Positions 30,856-40,237 of a stretch of 64,000 nt of DNA are shown here, piece after piece (within the stretch, counting starts at the first letter, position 1; every line of letters starts with the position of its first letter). Below the pieces are notes generated by a model that saw only the letters and a list, made by a program, of their open reading frames with translations, searched no databases and was not told the DNA's origin. Source of the DNA: Anaerohalosphaeraceae bacterium (GTDB lineage Bacteria > Planctomycetota > Phycisphaerae > Sedimentisphaerales > Anaerohalosphaeraceae). Position numbers and translations under genes: made by a program. The stretch covers positions 576,001-640,000 of the forward strand of contig CAXXSL010000011.1 in NCBI GenBank assembly GCA_963675525.2. The letters are read 5' to 3'.

Positions 30856-31803
30856 TTATTCCGCCATTTGTGACGGCGGCTGCGGATTGACCGGCTGAAT
30901 ATCCGCTTTGCGTTTTATCAATCGCCCCTGCAAGGGCTGGTTTTGCATCCGTTTTTGTTTTCTGCGAAGAAAAGTACCCTTCGGCTGAGGTTTTGTCTCT
31001 TCGGCTTTAACCGGCGGCGAAGCCGGTTCAATCGTCGCCAACATCGGTATGTCGCCGTTTTTCAGAATGCGCCCAAGCACCGCTTCGGTTTCAATGGCCG
31101 CTTCGCTGATAAACGCTTCGATCCGCGTCTGGAAAAACCCGTATAGAAACAAAGCCGGAATGGCCACAAGCAGTCCCCAGAATGTCGTCACCAGTGCCAT
31201 TGAGATCGCTTCGGCCAGCATCTCATAACGCGGCCCGCTGGTCCCCTGCCCGAGCAGGTTAAACGCACCGATCATCCCATACACCGTTCCGAACAAACCC
31301 ACCATCGGAGCAACCGAGCCGATGATCTGACACCACTGCGCTTTTCGCATCAACTGCATCCCGCGTTCCTGCAATGCTTCTGCCGCGAACTGGCGGACGG
31401 CCTGTGCCGAACCGCCCATTTGACGGCCCTGTTCCAGCGACCGCAGGATCGAACGGCTGATCAGGTCGGTACGACCGGCAAGCTTCATCGTCAGTGCACC
31501 CAACCCGTAACGAACGGCATGCGTTGCAATTTCCGATGCGATTCCCGCCGGCAGCAGTCGCTTGCGGCGCGTGTTGACCAACAGGTCGATTGCCAGATAA
31601 ACGGCGATTACAGACATCGGCAACAGCACAAACCAGACGATCGGTCCGCCGGCAACAAAAAAGTGCCGATAGAACGTCCGGCTCTGTTCACCCAGACCGG
31701 CTTCGGCAAAAACGTTTTCGACGGTAATTGCCAAGAGTAGTATCAGCAACAATTTATTTAAAGAACCGTTTTTTATCAACGTCGTTATCTCTCTTCTTAA
31801 CAA
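30856..31803 (-). CDS. MotA/TolQ/ExbB proton channel protein
   Basis: APMVGLFGTVYGMIGAF, AISMALVTTFWGLLVAIPA. Confidence 0.9.
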   Translation of the reverse strand: MLRREITTLIKNGSLNKLLLILLLAITVENVFAEAGLGEQSRTFYRHFFVAGGPIVWFVLLPMSVIAVYLAIDLLVNTRRKRLLPAGIASEIATHAVRYGLGALTMKLAGRTDLISRSILRSLEQGRQMGGSAQAVRQFAAEALQERGMQLMRKAQWCQIIGSVAPMVGLFGTVYGMIGAFNLLGQGTSGPRYEMLAEAISMALVTTFWGLLVAIPALFLYGFFQTRIEAFISEAAIETEAVLGRILKNGDIPMLATIEPASPPVKAEETKPQPKGTFLRRKQKRMQNQPLQGRLIKRKADIQPVNPQPPSQMAE

Positions 31804-31807
31804 AGGG

Positions 31808-32752
31808 TTATTTCACTTCCGTATAGTTGCCGCCTGTGTTACGGGCCAGCGTTTCGAGCATGATCTGATCTCGCAGCTGTGGCCAGAATCCTATCGTATG
31901 CAGAACGGTTGAAGGTGCAAGCGATTTTCTCAAACGTTCCGTTTTTTCGATAAATAGCTGCGATCCGTCTTCATCCAGACTAAATCCATCCGTCAAAAAA
32001 TAGATCACTTCCGGGCCGATCTTGTCGCGGTCCCGCAGCCGCATCGCACATTCCAGTGCATGGGCCGCATCCGTACTCCCCGCGGGACGAACGCGTTCGA
32101 TCAACTGCAGCGCCTGGGATTTGACCCCGACCGTCGCCGGTTCAAGCCGGCCCGACCCCGTCATCAGAATTTCACGCCCATCCATAAAAAAAAGAACACA
32201 AAACTCCTGCCGCGAATTCAGATCCATGATCGACTCTTTAAGCTGCTCCTTGACGCGATACATCTGGCCATACATACTTCCGGAACAGTCCACGACATAA
32301 CAAACCCGCTGGACGATACTTTTCTGCCCGAAAAACTCCACCTCATTCGCCGCCGGTGCCGATTCAGGTAAAACAACCTCTGCCTCTTCAACCGGTTCCT
32401 GGGCGGGTTCAACAGCCAACGGTTCCTGCACGACCAGCGGTTTAGGCTCCGGCTTGATCTCCGGTTCGGGTTCTTTTTCAACCTTCGCAACAGCGACGAT
32501 CTTGGGCTTGGGTTTTGGGACCGGCTGCTCGATGACTTTTTCGATCATTTGCACTGTAATCGAAGGCCTTGCGGACACCGAAGCCGTCATACGGCCGGAC
32601 ATTTTAAGGAAGCCAAAGACACCCAGCGCAACAGCATGAATGATAAGGGAGATCACCAGCACCCCATACCGTATCTTCCCCTTGCAAGCAGGTTCTCTCA
32701 TAGTCTCCGCCAAACCTTCACCATACCTCCACACCAGGAGCGATTCATTCAA
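31808..32752 (-). CDS. Membrane-anchored VWA domain protein with Pro/Glu-rich linker
   Basis: TM helix with SxxxH (SLIIH); PKPKP/EPEPE linker; MIDAS DCSGS...GST...LTDG. Confidence 0.85.
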   Translation of the reverse strand: MNESLLVWRYGEGLAETMREPACKGKIRYGVLVISLIIHAVALGVFGFLKMSGRMTASVSARPSITVQMIEKVIEQPVPKPKPKIVAVAKVEKEPEPEIKPEPKPLVVQEPLAVEPAQEPVEEAEVVLPESAPAANEVEFFGQKSIVQRVCYVVDCSGSMYGQMYRVKEQLKESIMDLNSRQEFCVLFFMDGREILMTGSGRLEPATVGVKSQALQLIERVRPAGSTDAAHALECAMRLRDRDKIGPEVIYFLTDGFSLDEDGSQLFIEKTERLRKSLAPSTVLHTIGFWPQLRDQIMLETLARNTGGNYTEVK

Positions 32753-33889
32753 TTACTCAACAATAAGAATTTCCGAAATCCCTTCCTGGAGCAGATTATA
32801 AACCTCAATAACCTCTCCGTTATAGAGACGGATACAACCCCGCGAAGAACGGGTCCCGATCGTTTCGGGGTCTTTCGTGCCGTGGATCGCAAATCCTGTC
32901 CGCCCTTTGGCGGCACCGTCCAGACCCTCCAGCGCAATCCAGCGCGACCCCAATGGATAATCCGGATCAGAGCCCTTATACGTTTTCAAGCTATCAGGAT
33001 CCGTCCAGGTCGGTCTGTTATCCAGTTTGCCGCCTTTCTTGACACGCCATCGCCCGCTCGGCGTATCGTATTGCTCTTTACCCAGACCCACACGATACGT
33101 TTTCACGTAAACATTCTGCAGATACAAATCCATCGTAAAACTGCTTTTATAGATCACCGCGTTGAAAGGACCATCGATAACCTTGATCTTCCGCCCTGCC
33201 TGCAGCAGTTCCGGGCGAGCAATCTTATTAACCTCCATCAAGGCCTGGTAAGGAACTTTATAGCGTTTGGCAATAACAGCCAGCAAGTCGCCGGACTGAA
33301 CCAAATAGTAGGAAGTCAGCTTGTCCGATTCATAAACATCCCGGCTGAAAAGCCACTTTTCCGCAAGATTGGCCAGTTTATTTTTGACCGCCGCCCGTAC
33401 GGTTGCGCTCAATTGAAGGTCCAAAGTATGGTTCAGCAGATCACGTGTCGGAATAATTTTTCCCGTTTCAGACAGTTGCATGGCTTTTTCGATCAACTCC
33501 TGCGCTTCGGTGCTGGTCGTCCCGTTATCGGCCGCCTGGGTTTGTGCCGCGGGAATTTGCTGAACGGTCTCGGGTTCAACAACCGGCTCAGGCACCGCCG
33601 GACTGTCCGGTTCGGGTGTCTCGGTAACCGTCGTTTCCGGTATCAGCGGAACAGCTTCTGGATCGACTTCCGTCACTCTTTTTGTATCCGTTCCGTGCTC
33701 ATCTTCCGGAATTATCTCATTGATTGATACAGCCTCATTACCGTTTTCCGGTTCCGTTTCTTTCCTGGAAGTCTTCACAACGATCACAATGCCCACAACA
33801 AGAACCAGTAGCGTCAATGCGATGGTGCGTATCCGCCGCTGTTGTTCCTGTTTACGTGTTCGATAGGGTCGATATTTTCGTCTGGCCAA
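32753..33889 (-). CDS. LysM + L,D-transpeptidase (YkuD) protein, membrane anchored
   Basis: YLVQSGDLLAVIAKRY LysM; FAIHGT...SRGCIRL catalytic motif. Confidence 0.9.
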   Translation of the reverse strand: MARRKYRPYRTRKQEQQRRIRTIALTLLVLVVGIVIVVKTSRKETEPENGNEAVSINEIIPEDEHGTDTKRVTEVDPEAVPLIPETTVTETPEPDSPAVPEPVVEPETVQQIPAAQTQAADNGTTSTEAQELIEKAMQLSETGKIIPTRDLLNHTLDLQLSATVRAAVKNKLANLAEKWLFSRDVYESDKLTSYYLVQSGDLLAVIAKRYKVPYQALMEVNKIARPELLQAGRKIKVIDGPFNAVIYKSSFTMDLYLQNVYVKTYRVGLGKEQYDTPSGRWRVKKGGKLDNRPTWTDPDSLKTYKGSDPDYPLGSRWIALEGLDGAAKGRTGFAIHGTKDPETIGTRSSRGCIRLYNGEVIEVYNLLQEGISEILIVE

Positions 33890-33905
33890 AATTAGTCCTC
33901 CGTGT

Positions 33906-34478
33906 TTATTTGTCCGTACAGATTAGAATCCCTTGTTCAGTCACAATCGCATGAACCGGCACATCATCTTTGTCATGGGGAACAGCCTCGCATAATTGCT
34001 CAGAGAACCCGATACCCCAACGCGTCGCGGCAATTTGGTGCGTCGTAAAGAACCGGTCATAATAAGCGCCGCCGCGGCCTAATCGGTTGCCCTGCTTGTC
34101 AAATCCGAGTCCCGGTGTGATTACCAGATCGATATCTTCAAACGGCACAGGATTGCCGCCGATGGGATTTCGCAATCCTTTTTCATCCGCCTTCACCCCG
34201 GTCTCAAGCGAGGTGATCTCAACCGGAATCATATGCCGCTGTTCCCATGAAACCTTCGGCACCGCCACGGTTTTGCCGCACTGCCATGCATGAAGGATCA
34301 AGGGCGTTGTTTCCACTTCATGCGGCATCGACAAAAAGGCCATCACCACTGACGCCTTCTGAAACACCTCCGAATCAACAATATACCGACAGACCGCCTT
34401 GCTGCGTTCGATTCTGTCATCCTTGCCGATTTGCATGAGCCTTGTTTTCAACTCATGCCGCAACGTGCCTTTATCCAT
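33906..34478 (-). CDS. 5-formyltetrahydrofolate cyclo-ligase
   Basis: DLVITPGLGFD..GNRLGRGGAYYDRF, HDKDD. Confidence 0.93.
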   Translation of the reverse strand: MDKGTLRHELKTRLMQIGKDDRIERSKAVCRYIVDSEVFQKASVVMAFLSMPHEVETTPLILHAWQCGKTVAVPKVSWEQRHMIPVEITSLETGVKADEKGLRNPIGGNPVPFEDIDLVITPGLGFDKQGNRLGRGGAYYDRFFTTHQIAATRWGIGFSEQLCEAVPHDKDDVPVHAIVTEQGILICTDK

Positions 34479-34557
34479 CCCAAAATACCTTAATTTAGCA
34501 ATATATTAATGAAACCGGCCGAAAAACAGATTTCGATGTCATTTCGAACGCTCCCAT

Positions 34558-34595
34558 TGTCATCCCGAGCGGAGCCGAGGGATCTATTTAAACAG
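34558..34595 (+). repeat. TGTCAT-type palindromic repeat, copy 1
   Basis: TGTCATCCCGAGCGGAGCCGAGGGATCTATTTAAACAG; 36/38 identical to 36936-36973. Confidence 0.85.
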
Positions 34596-34636
34596 CTATC
34601 GCCAAAGGCGATTCCACAATTTCACTCTTTAATTTT

Positions 34637-35992
34637 TCACTTTTGATTTAACTCTTGTACTTGATTTCGCAGTTTTTGTAAATATTCGGCGACAATTTTT
34701 TCTCTCCCTATATTTTTCGGCTGATAATAGGGTTTTTCGAGACTTTTTCCCAGATAATCCTGCGGCACATAGCCGGATGGACTGTTATGCGGGTATTTGT
34801 AGTCCAAACCATGCCCCAACTTCTTCGCTCCGGCGTAGTGCGCATCCCGTAAATGGGCCGGAACCGGGATCGTTCGACCGTTTTTGACGTCGCCGCACGC
34901 CGTCCAGATCGCATTGGCACAGGCATTGGATTTCGGGGCACAGGCAATATAGATCGCCGCCTGCGCCAGCGGCAGTTGGGCTTCCGGAAAGCCCACAAAC
35001 TCGGCGATCTGCACCGCCGAAGCCGCCAGGATCGTCGCCATCGGGTCGGCATTGCCCACATCCTCAGCGGCACAAACCGCAATGCGCCGGGCAATAAACC
35101 GCAGGTCCTCGCCCCCGACGATCATCCGCGCCAGCCAGTACACCGTCGCATCCGGGTCCGAACCCCGCATCGACTTTTGCAGCGCACTGGCAAGGTCATA
35201 ATGCGTATCGCCCGTACCGTCATATTGGATCGCCTTCCGCTGGACCGATTCCTTCGCAACCTCCAGCGTCAGCTTAATGCCCTTTTTCTTACCCGCCTTG
35301 GCTTGCGACAAAACCGCCACTTCCAGTGCCGTCAGTGCCTTTCGCGCATCCCCGTCACAGATCTCCGCCAAAAACTCCAGCGCTGTAGGCTCGGCCTCGA
35401 TCTTCATCGCACCCAGCCCCTTTTCCGTATCCGCCATCGCCCGATTCAAGAGCCCCAGAACATCGTCCTTGCTTAACGCCTCAAACGCAAAAACCGTGCT
35501 CCGGCTGATCAACGGCGAGTTCACCGAAAAATACGGGTTCTCCGTTGTCGCACCGATCAGTGTCACAATTCCGTTTTCCACATCGTCCAGCAAAACATCC
35601 TGCTGCGCGCGGTTGAAGCGGTGGATTTCGTCAATGAACAGCAGCGTCTTGGTACCGTTCGTAATCAGCCGGTCCTTGGCCGCCGCGATAATTTCCCGCA
35701 CGTCCTTGACCGACGCCGCCGGGGCGCTGAGATAGTAAAATTTCGCTTGAATAGAATTGGCCACGATCCGGGCCAGTGTCGTCTTGCCCGTTCCCGGCGG
35801 ACCGTAGAAAATCAGGCTGGTAACGCTGCCCGCCTCCAGCATCCGCCGCAGGAGTTTGCCCTCGCCGGCAAAATGCTCCTGCCCCGCAAAATCCGCCAGC
35901 GTTTCCGGACGCATCCGAACCGCCAACGGCGCATGCACCGCAAGACGCTCCCGCTCACCCGCACTAAACAAATTATCCCCAGCCTTCGCCAT
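34637..35992 (-). CDS. rarA: Replication-associated recombination protein A (MgsA/RarA)
   Basis: PLAVRMRP, GPPGTGKTT, DEIHRFN, GATTENP, SALQKSMRGSD, AEDVGNADP. Confidence 0.95.
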   Translation of the reverse strand: MAKAGDNLFSAGERERLAVHAPLAVRMRPETLADFAGQEHFAGEGKLLRRMLEAGSVTSLIFYGPPGTGKTTLARIVANSIQAKFYYLSAPAASVKDVREIIAAAKDRLITNGTKTLLFIDEIHRFNRAQQDVLLDDVENGIVTLIGATTENPYFSVNSPLISRSTVFAFEALSKDDVLGLLNRAMADTEKGLGAMKIEAEPTALEFLAEICDGDARKALTALEVAVLSQAKAGKKKGIKLTLEVAKESVQRKAIQYDGTGDTHYDLASALQKSMRGSDPDATVYWLARMIVGGEDLRFIARRIAVCAAEDVGNADPMATILAASAVQIAEFVGFPEAQLPLAQAAIYIACAPKSNACANAIWTACGDVKNGRTIPVPAHLRDAHYAGAKKLGHGLDYKYPHNSPSGYVPQDYLGKSLEKPYYQPKNIGREKIVAEYLQKLRNQVQELNQK

Positions 35993-36153
35993 AAGCCGAC
36001 ATTATACGCCAAACCTCGGACAAAGTCCAAACACAATAACAAACTCTCGCCCTGATAGGGGCTGCCTTTTCAGCTTGCAATCAGTCGAAAATTGGATACA
36101 ATGTTGACCAGCAAACCAAAGTAAAAAAAGGACGGGCTGATACGATAGACACA

Positions 36154-36789
36154 ATGAACACAAAACAGGAGATAACACGCCTCTTTTATGCGGACGCATC
36201 CTTCTGGGCACTAACCGGTTCCAATCTGGTGGTCATCGTGTGGGCGCTCATCGAGCAATGGTCACTGTCGCCCCTGATGTGGATTTATTGGTGCCAAAGT
36301 GTCGTCATCGGTATCTTCTGGTTTTTTAAGATACTCGGGCTCAGGCAGTTCTCTACCAAAGATTTGAAGATTAACGATCACTCTGTGCCACCGACGAAAG
36401 ATACAAGAAACCAGACCGCTGTATTTTTTCTGATGCATTACGGCTTTTTTCATTTGGTGTATTTTATCTTTTTGGTGGTCGATTTCAGGATTGACTCAAT
36501 CTTTGAAGTGATAACAGCAGCAGGCATCTTCGTGCTCTACCAGGGCTATTCCTTTTTCTACAATCAAAAATGGCTGACAAAAACAAAGCCGAATATCGGC
36601 AAGATGATGCTTTTTCCCTATGCCCGCGTGATCCCCATGCACCTGACGATTCTCTTTGCCGGAGCAATAATGAATGTCTTTTCCGGATCAATTTGGGTGC
36701 AGCGACCGGCACTGGTCCTGTTCCTGCTCTTGAAACTGACCGCTGACGCCATTATGCATGTCGTCGAACAAAAAGGCTTCAGCGATTAA
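36154..36789 (+). CDS. DUF6498-like membrane protein
   Basis: YWCQSVVIG, FFLMHYGFFH, PYARVIPMH; several TM helices. Confidence 0.7.
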   Translation: MNTKQEITRLFYADASFWALTGSNLVVIVWALIEQWSLSPLMWIYWCQSVVIGIFWFFKILGLRQFSTKDLKINDHSVPPTKDTRNQTAVFFLMHYGFFHLVYFIFLVVDFRIDSIFEVITAAGIFVLYQGYSFFYNQKWLTKTKPNIGKMMLFPYARVIPMHLTILFAGAIMNVFSGSIWVQRPALVLFLLLKLTADAIMHVVEQKGFSD

Positions 36790-36810
36790 TCATATAATAT
36801 CCACCGTTAT

Positions 36811-37142
36811 GTAGGGTGCGCCATGCCCACGCGGGCTTCTTATAGAGGGTCACCAATCGTCGTAGAACTTGTCCTGTCACTTGTCATAGCTTTAGCGTAG
36901 ATGGATGCCATGCGAATGCGCCCGAGCATTACAAATGTCATCCCGAGCGAAGCCGAGGGATCTATTAAAACAGGAAAATTCCATAATCCCGGAGGGATTA
37001 TAACAATAATAGCCCCGGGTAAGCGCCAGCGCAACCCGGGGAAAACAAAACCCAAAACAACCCACAACCCCGGAGGGGTTGAATAAATCGTCATTCGTCA
37101 ATATACAATTAAAAATTTAAAGCCCACCGACCCGGAAGGGGT
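36811..37142. repeat. Mosaic of REP-like palindromes
   Basis: GTAGGGTGCGCCATGCCCAC (36811), TGTCAT copy 2 (36936-36973), ATAATCCCGGAGGGATTAT, TAGCCCCGGG..CCCGGGG, CAACCCCGGAGGGGTTG. Confidence 0.8.
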
Positions 37143-37643
37143 TCATTCCGTTGCAAAAAAGGCCTTGTGGAATTCCACCACCCCCGCGGGAATTCCATTG
37201 CCGAATGATAAGGCAAGAAGATTCTCCGCCGGGACACCTTCGTGTTTCAGCTCAGTTGAGCTTTTGAAACCAAAGCGTCCATAATAGCCGGGGTCACCAA
37301 CAAGAACACACCCCGCAGCACCCAAATCTTTTAACAAGTTCAGACCTTCATGAACAAGTTTTGTTCCGATACCCTGTTTCTGACAATCCGGCAATACAGA
37401 CACCGGGCCCAGACCATACCAATTCTTGCTTCCATCGCTAAACGTAACAGGCGAAAACCCGATATGCCCCACCACGTCGCCGTCCACTTCCGCAACCAGT
37501 GAAACAGTCAGTGCTCCGGCAGTTCGCAACGCAGTGATAATAAATTGCTCCGTATTCCGGCTAAACGGATGATTCTCAAACGCCGCCTCCGTAACAGCAC
37601 CGATCGCCCCAACATCCGACGGCTTTTCCTGACGTATAATCAT
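37143..37643 (-). CDS. GNAT N-acetyltransferase (YhbS-like)
   Basis: MIIRQE, VVGHI, LGPVSVLP.CQKQGIG, VLVGDPGYYGRFGF. Confidence 0.92.
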   Translation of the reverse strand: MIIRQEKPSDVGAIGAVTEAAFENHPFSRNTEQFIITALRTAGALTVSLVAEVDGDVVGHIGFSPVTFSDGSKNWYGLGPVSVLPDCQKQGIGTKLVHEGLNLLKDLGAAGCVLVGDPGYYGRFGFKSSTELKHEGVPAENLLALSFGNGIPAGVVEFHKAFFATE

Positions 37644-39585
37644 AAATCAAATCCCTCAAAAAACATCCCTGAAACATGTAGGGTGGGCCTGTGGCCCACC
37701 ATTCTTTCCGGCCTGAAAGACCAGAGTATTTTAGCCCAGCCCAACGGACTGGGTTAAGAGAACACCCTCCCCATCTTTCCCCGCACCGAAGGTGCAATAT
37801 ACCATAGCCCAGGGCAACGCCCTGGGGCAAGAGAACAGCCCCGCCGTCTTCCCGCCCTGAAGGGGCAGCATAATAAGACACCTTTATTGACTCCTCATTG
37901 GAAACCAACAAAAGGGCCGCATCATAATGCCTTTTGAGGCATTGTTTCATTTTGCTTATCTCGTCAGTCACATCTTTTCTGTGTTGCACGTTTTCCGAGG
38001 TATCTTTACTCATCAACTTACTGTCTATAGAAGCCATACGATTGTAAATCCTATATATAAAATCTGATAGAATGAGATTGGTTTCAAAAAGCTGGGGCTT
38101 AGAATCTATGCCGTTTGTTCTGCATTCTTCGATCGTTTGATCGAAAGCTTTTATTATTGCATCTTCAATAATAGGTGGCATAAAATCATCACTCCAAAAA
38201 ACATTTCTTGGTGTTCCCGTAAACATCACTCCTTCACATGATATGACACTACCATCACACTTTGTTACTTTAACTGGTACTCCGGCGTTAATAAAAACCC
38301 AAGGTTTTAATTTTTCATTATCAATTTTGTCATAAAGATCATCCACTCTTTTCTTTATTCGAGGACGTAATTGAGTTATTCTATCTTCATCAGATATTGA
38401 TGTTTCAGTAAATTTAGTAGGATTCTCTTGTTTAGCCGGTAATTTCGGTTTGAGCCAATAATTTTGAATCTTATCGATGGCATCAGTAAATGCCCCGAAT
38501 CCAATGACGATAGCAAAAACTATAAGCAAAACACAAATGAGCCAATTATTTTTGCACCACTCAATGATATGTTCATATTTTGTTTTGCCGTCCTTTGATT
38601 CTGCCGTATTTATATTTCCACTCTTTATGGAATCATGAGGCATTGGATCTGTTTGTTTTAGTGTTTCAAGTATTTGAGGCCAACTCATTTTTGGTGTTTG
38701 CTCTGGACTAATTCCGCACTTTGTAATCAAAACCCCTTCAATTTCATTAACATATGGGCAAGCAACCGTTGCTTTAGGTATCCATTTCTGTATAATTTTA
38801 AGATCAATTTCATTAAGAAAATAATACTGTGTTTGATTCATGTAATCAGAAGTAACTGTCTCTCGTTTCTGCCAAGGATACATAAACTTTTGATTTCTTT
38901 TTTTTATTGATTTTTTATTTTTTCTTTCGCTCGAACCACCTTCATATTCATTCAATCTTTCACAAGAATTCAAGGTTTCTGTTTCATTTTTTTGGCTCTG
39001 CCCGTTTGGTTGTACTTGATCATTGTAATCAACTCCTAATTCTTGAAGATTTTTGACCAACTCATAGGATTCAGTCGTAAGAGAAAACCTGTTCAGTTGA
39101 GGCCCTCCTGAAACTATATTAAAGCTAATTAATCCCTTCCTTTCTAACTCTTTTAAAAAAGTATAGGCCGATTTCTGATCTTTCTTGAATAAGAGCAAAT
39201 AATCGCTTTTCGCTGTCATATCAAGCTGGATCAAATCGTATGGCTCAGACAACCGATTCAAATTAAGTATTGCCCGATTGATATATTCGCTGGCTTTTTT
39301 GGGAAAGTCATTCAATATGTCATCCAAAGAAACCCTCGGAAGATCAAGGACTTTATTGTCTAAATCAGTCGTTTTGTCAATTGCTATCCCGGGTAATTTT
39401 TTCAACCTTCTTTCATTCAATACACAAGCTATTTTGAATTTCTCGTCAGGAGACTTATCTGCATCGCCAAATGATCTATCTAATAGATACTTGCCGCAAC
39501 AGGGACAATCGTACAGTGTCGAATAACTTAAAGTAGGTAATTCGTCAGCAGTTGCCTCATTTTTACAAAAAGCACATACGCCCAT
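37576..39585 (-). CDS. AT-rich hypothetical protein: Zn-ribbon, possible wHTH and one TM helix, with a repeat-derived C-terminal tail
   Basis: AGGAG RBS; CAFC..CPCC; TM segment WLICVLLIVFAIVIGFGAF; the last ~100 codons run through REP hairpins. Confidence 0.7.
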   Translation of the reverse strand: MGVCAFCKNEATADELPTLSYSTLYDCPCCGKYLLDRSFGDADKSPDEKFKIACVLNERRLKKLPGIAIDKTTDLDNKVLDLPRVSLDDILNDFPKKASEYINRAILNLNRLSEPYDLIQLDMTAKSDYLLLFKKDQKSAYTFLKELERKGLISFNIVSGGPQLNRFSLTTESYELVKNLQELGVDYNDQVQPNGQSQKNETETLNSCERLNEYEGGSSERKNKKSIKKRNQKFMYPWQKRETVTSDYMNQTQYYFLNEIDLKIIQKWIPKATVACPYVNEIEGVLITKCGISPEQTPKMSWPQILETLKQTDPMPHDSIKSGNINTAESKDGKTKYEHIIEWCKNNWLICVLLIVFAIVIGFGAFTDAIDKIQNYWLKPKLPAKQENPTKFTETSISDEDRITQLRPRIKKRVDDLYDKIDNEKLKPWVFINAGVPVKVTKCDGSVISCEGVMFTGTPRNVFWSDDFMPPIIEDAIIKAFDQTIEECRTNGIDSKPQLFETNLILSDFIYRIYNRMASIDSKLMSKDTSENVQHRKDVTDEISKMKQCLKRHYDAALLLVSNEESIKVSYYAAPSGREDGGAVLLPQGVALGYGILHLRCGERWGGCSLNPVRWAGLKYSGLSGRKEWWATGPPYMFQGCFLRDLIYDYTSGKAVGCWGDRCCYGGGV
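37678..37866 (+). repeat. GTAG-REP plus tandem two-hairpin repeat with a period of about 73 bp
   Basis: GTAGGGTGGGCCTGTGGCCCACC; TAGCCCAGCCCAACGGACTGGG (37732) and TAGCCCAGGGCAACGCCCTGGG (37805), each followed by AAGAGAACA, alternating with GAAR-loop hairpins. Confidence 0.85.
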
Positions 39586-39622
39586 TATTCGTTCTCCTAT
39601 ATCCCCGCATTCTCAGACAAAA

Positions 39623-39700
39623 CCCGCCCCCGCCTCCGGCCTGCCCTGAGCGAAGCCGAATGGGGCGGACCTGTCCCGCCAAAGCCTTAGCGACGGCGGA
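39623..39700 (+). repeat. Nested CCTG-starting mini-palindromic elements
   Basis: CCTGCCCTGAGCGAAGCCGAATGG inside a CCGCCCC...GGGGCGG stem, then CCTGTCCCGCCAAAGCCTTAGCGACGGCGGA. Confidence 0.65.
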
Positions 39701-39802
39701 CTCCTCTATTCTTGTGTTCCTGTATTCTTGAACCAAATTATACCCGACAAAGCACCGCCCGAAAAGGCGAAATTCCGCGATTCCTCCTGCACCTCCAACC
39801 GC

Positions 39803-40237
39803 TCACTCATCCCCGGTTATTTTCGCTCGCAGTTTGTACCCCAGCGTCACGCCGGCACACGACACCAGTGACCATACAACGCCGATTCCCAGCCACACTA
39901 ACCAAAACACAATATCAGACAACAAAGACCCGGCAGAATTGTACGCGAGAATAAAAACGAAACTCCCAATGATAACAAAATACAGCCCCGGCGAAGAAAA
40001 CAGAAATTCACCAAAGGATTTCTCGATATGCGGCTCTACCAAAAAGCCCGTGACAAGGCTGCTTAAAAAAAGACCCGCCGGGCAAAAAACGAATGCAAAA
40101 AAAGCCAGGACAGAAATAGAAGTATCACAGTGCGACAGACTGTGCGATAGTCTTGGGTTATGAACCCCAAGCCATATCACCCCGAAATACAAACCGACCG
40201 CCAAAACCATACCAACCAGAACAGAAAAAAAACGCAT
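39803..40237 (-). CDS. Hypothetical membrane protein (about 4 TM helices)
   Basis: GGGAGG RBS before ATG 40237; hydrophobic helices. Confidence 0.65.
   Translation of the reverse strand: MRFFSVLVGMVLAVGLYFGVIWLGVHNPRLSHSLSHCDTSISVLAFFAFVFCPAGLFLSSLVTGFLVEPHIEKSFGEFLFSSPGLYFVIIGSFVFILAYNSAGSLLSDIVFWLVWLGIGVVWSLVSCAGVTLGYKLRAKITGDE

Noticed and set aside
32549..33727. 392-aa plus-strand ORF
   Set aside because: Antisense shadow of the L,D-transpeptidase gene with no recognisable motifs; the same applies to the other long antisense ORFs (e.g. 50078-50950, 62484-63263).
34479..34636. 6S RNA upstream of the 5-formyl-THF cyclo-ligase gene
   Set aside because: The gap is only 158 bp, partly occupied by a REP-like repeat, and no long rod-like fold is visible.
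36811..39700. Integron with attC sites
   Set aside because: No integrase, mixed gene orientation and no consistent RYYYAAC...GTTRRRY boundaries.
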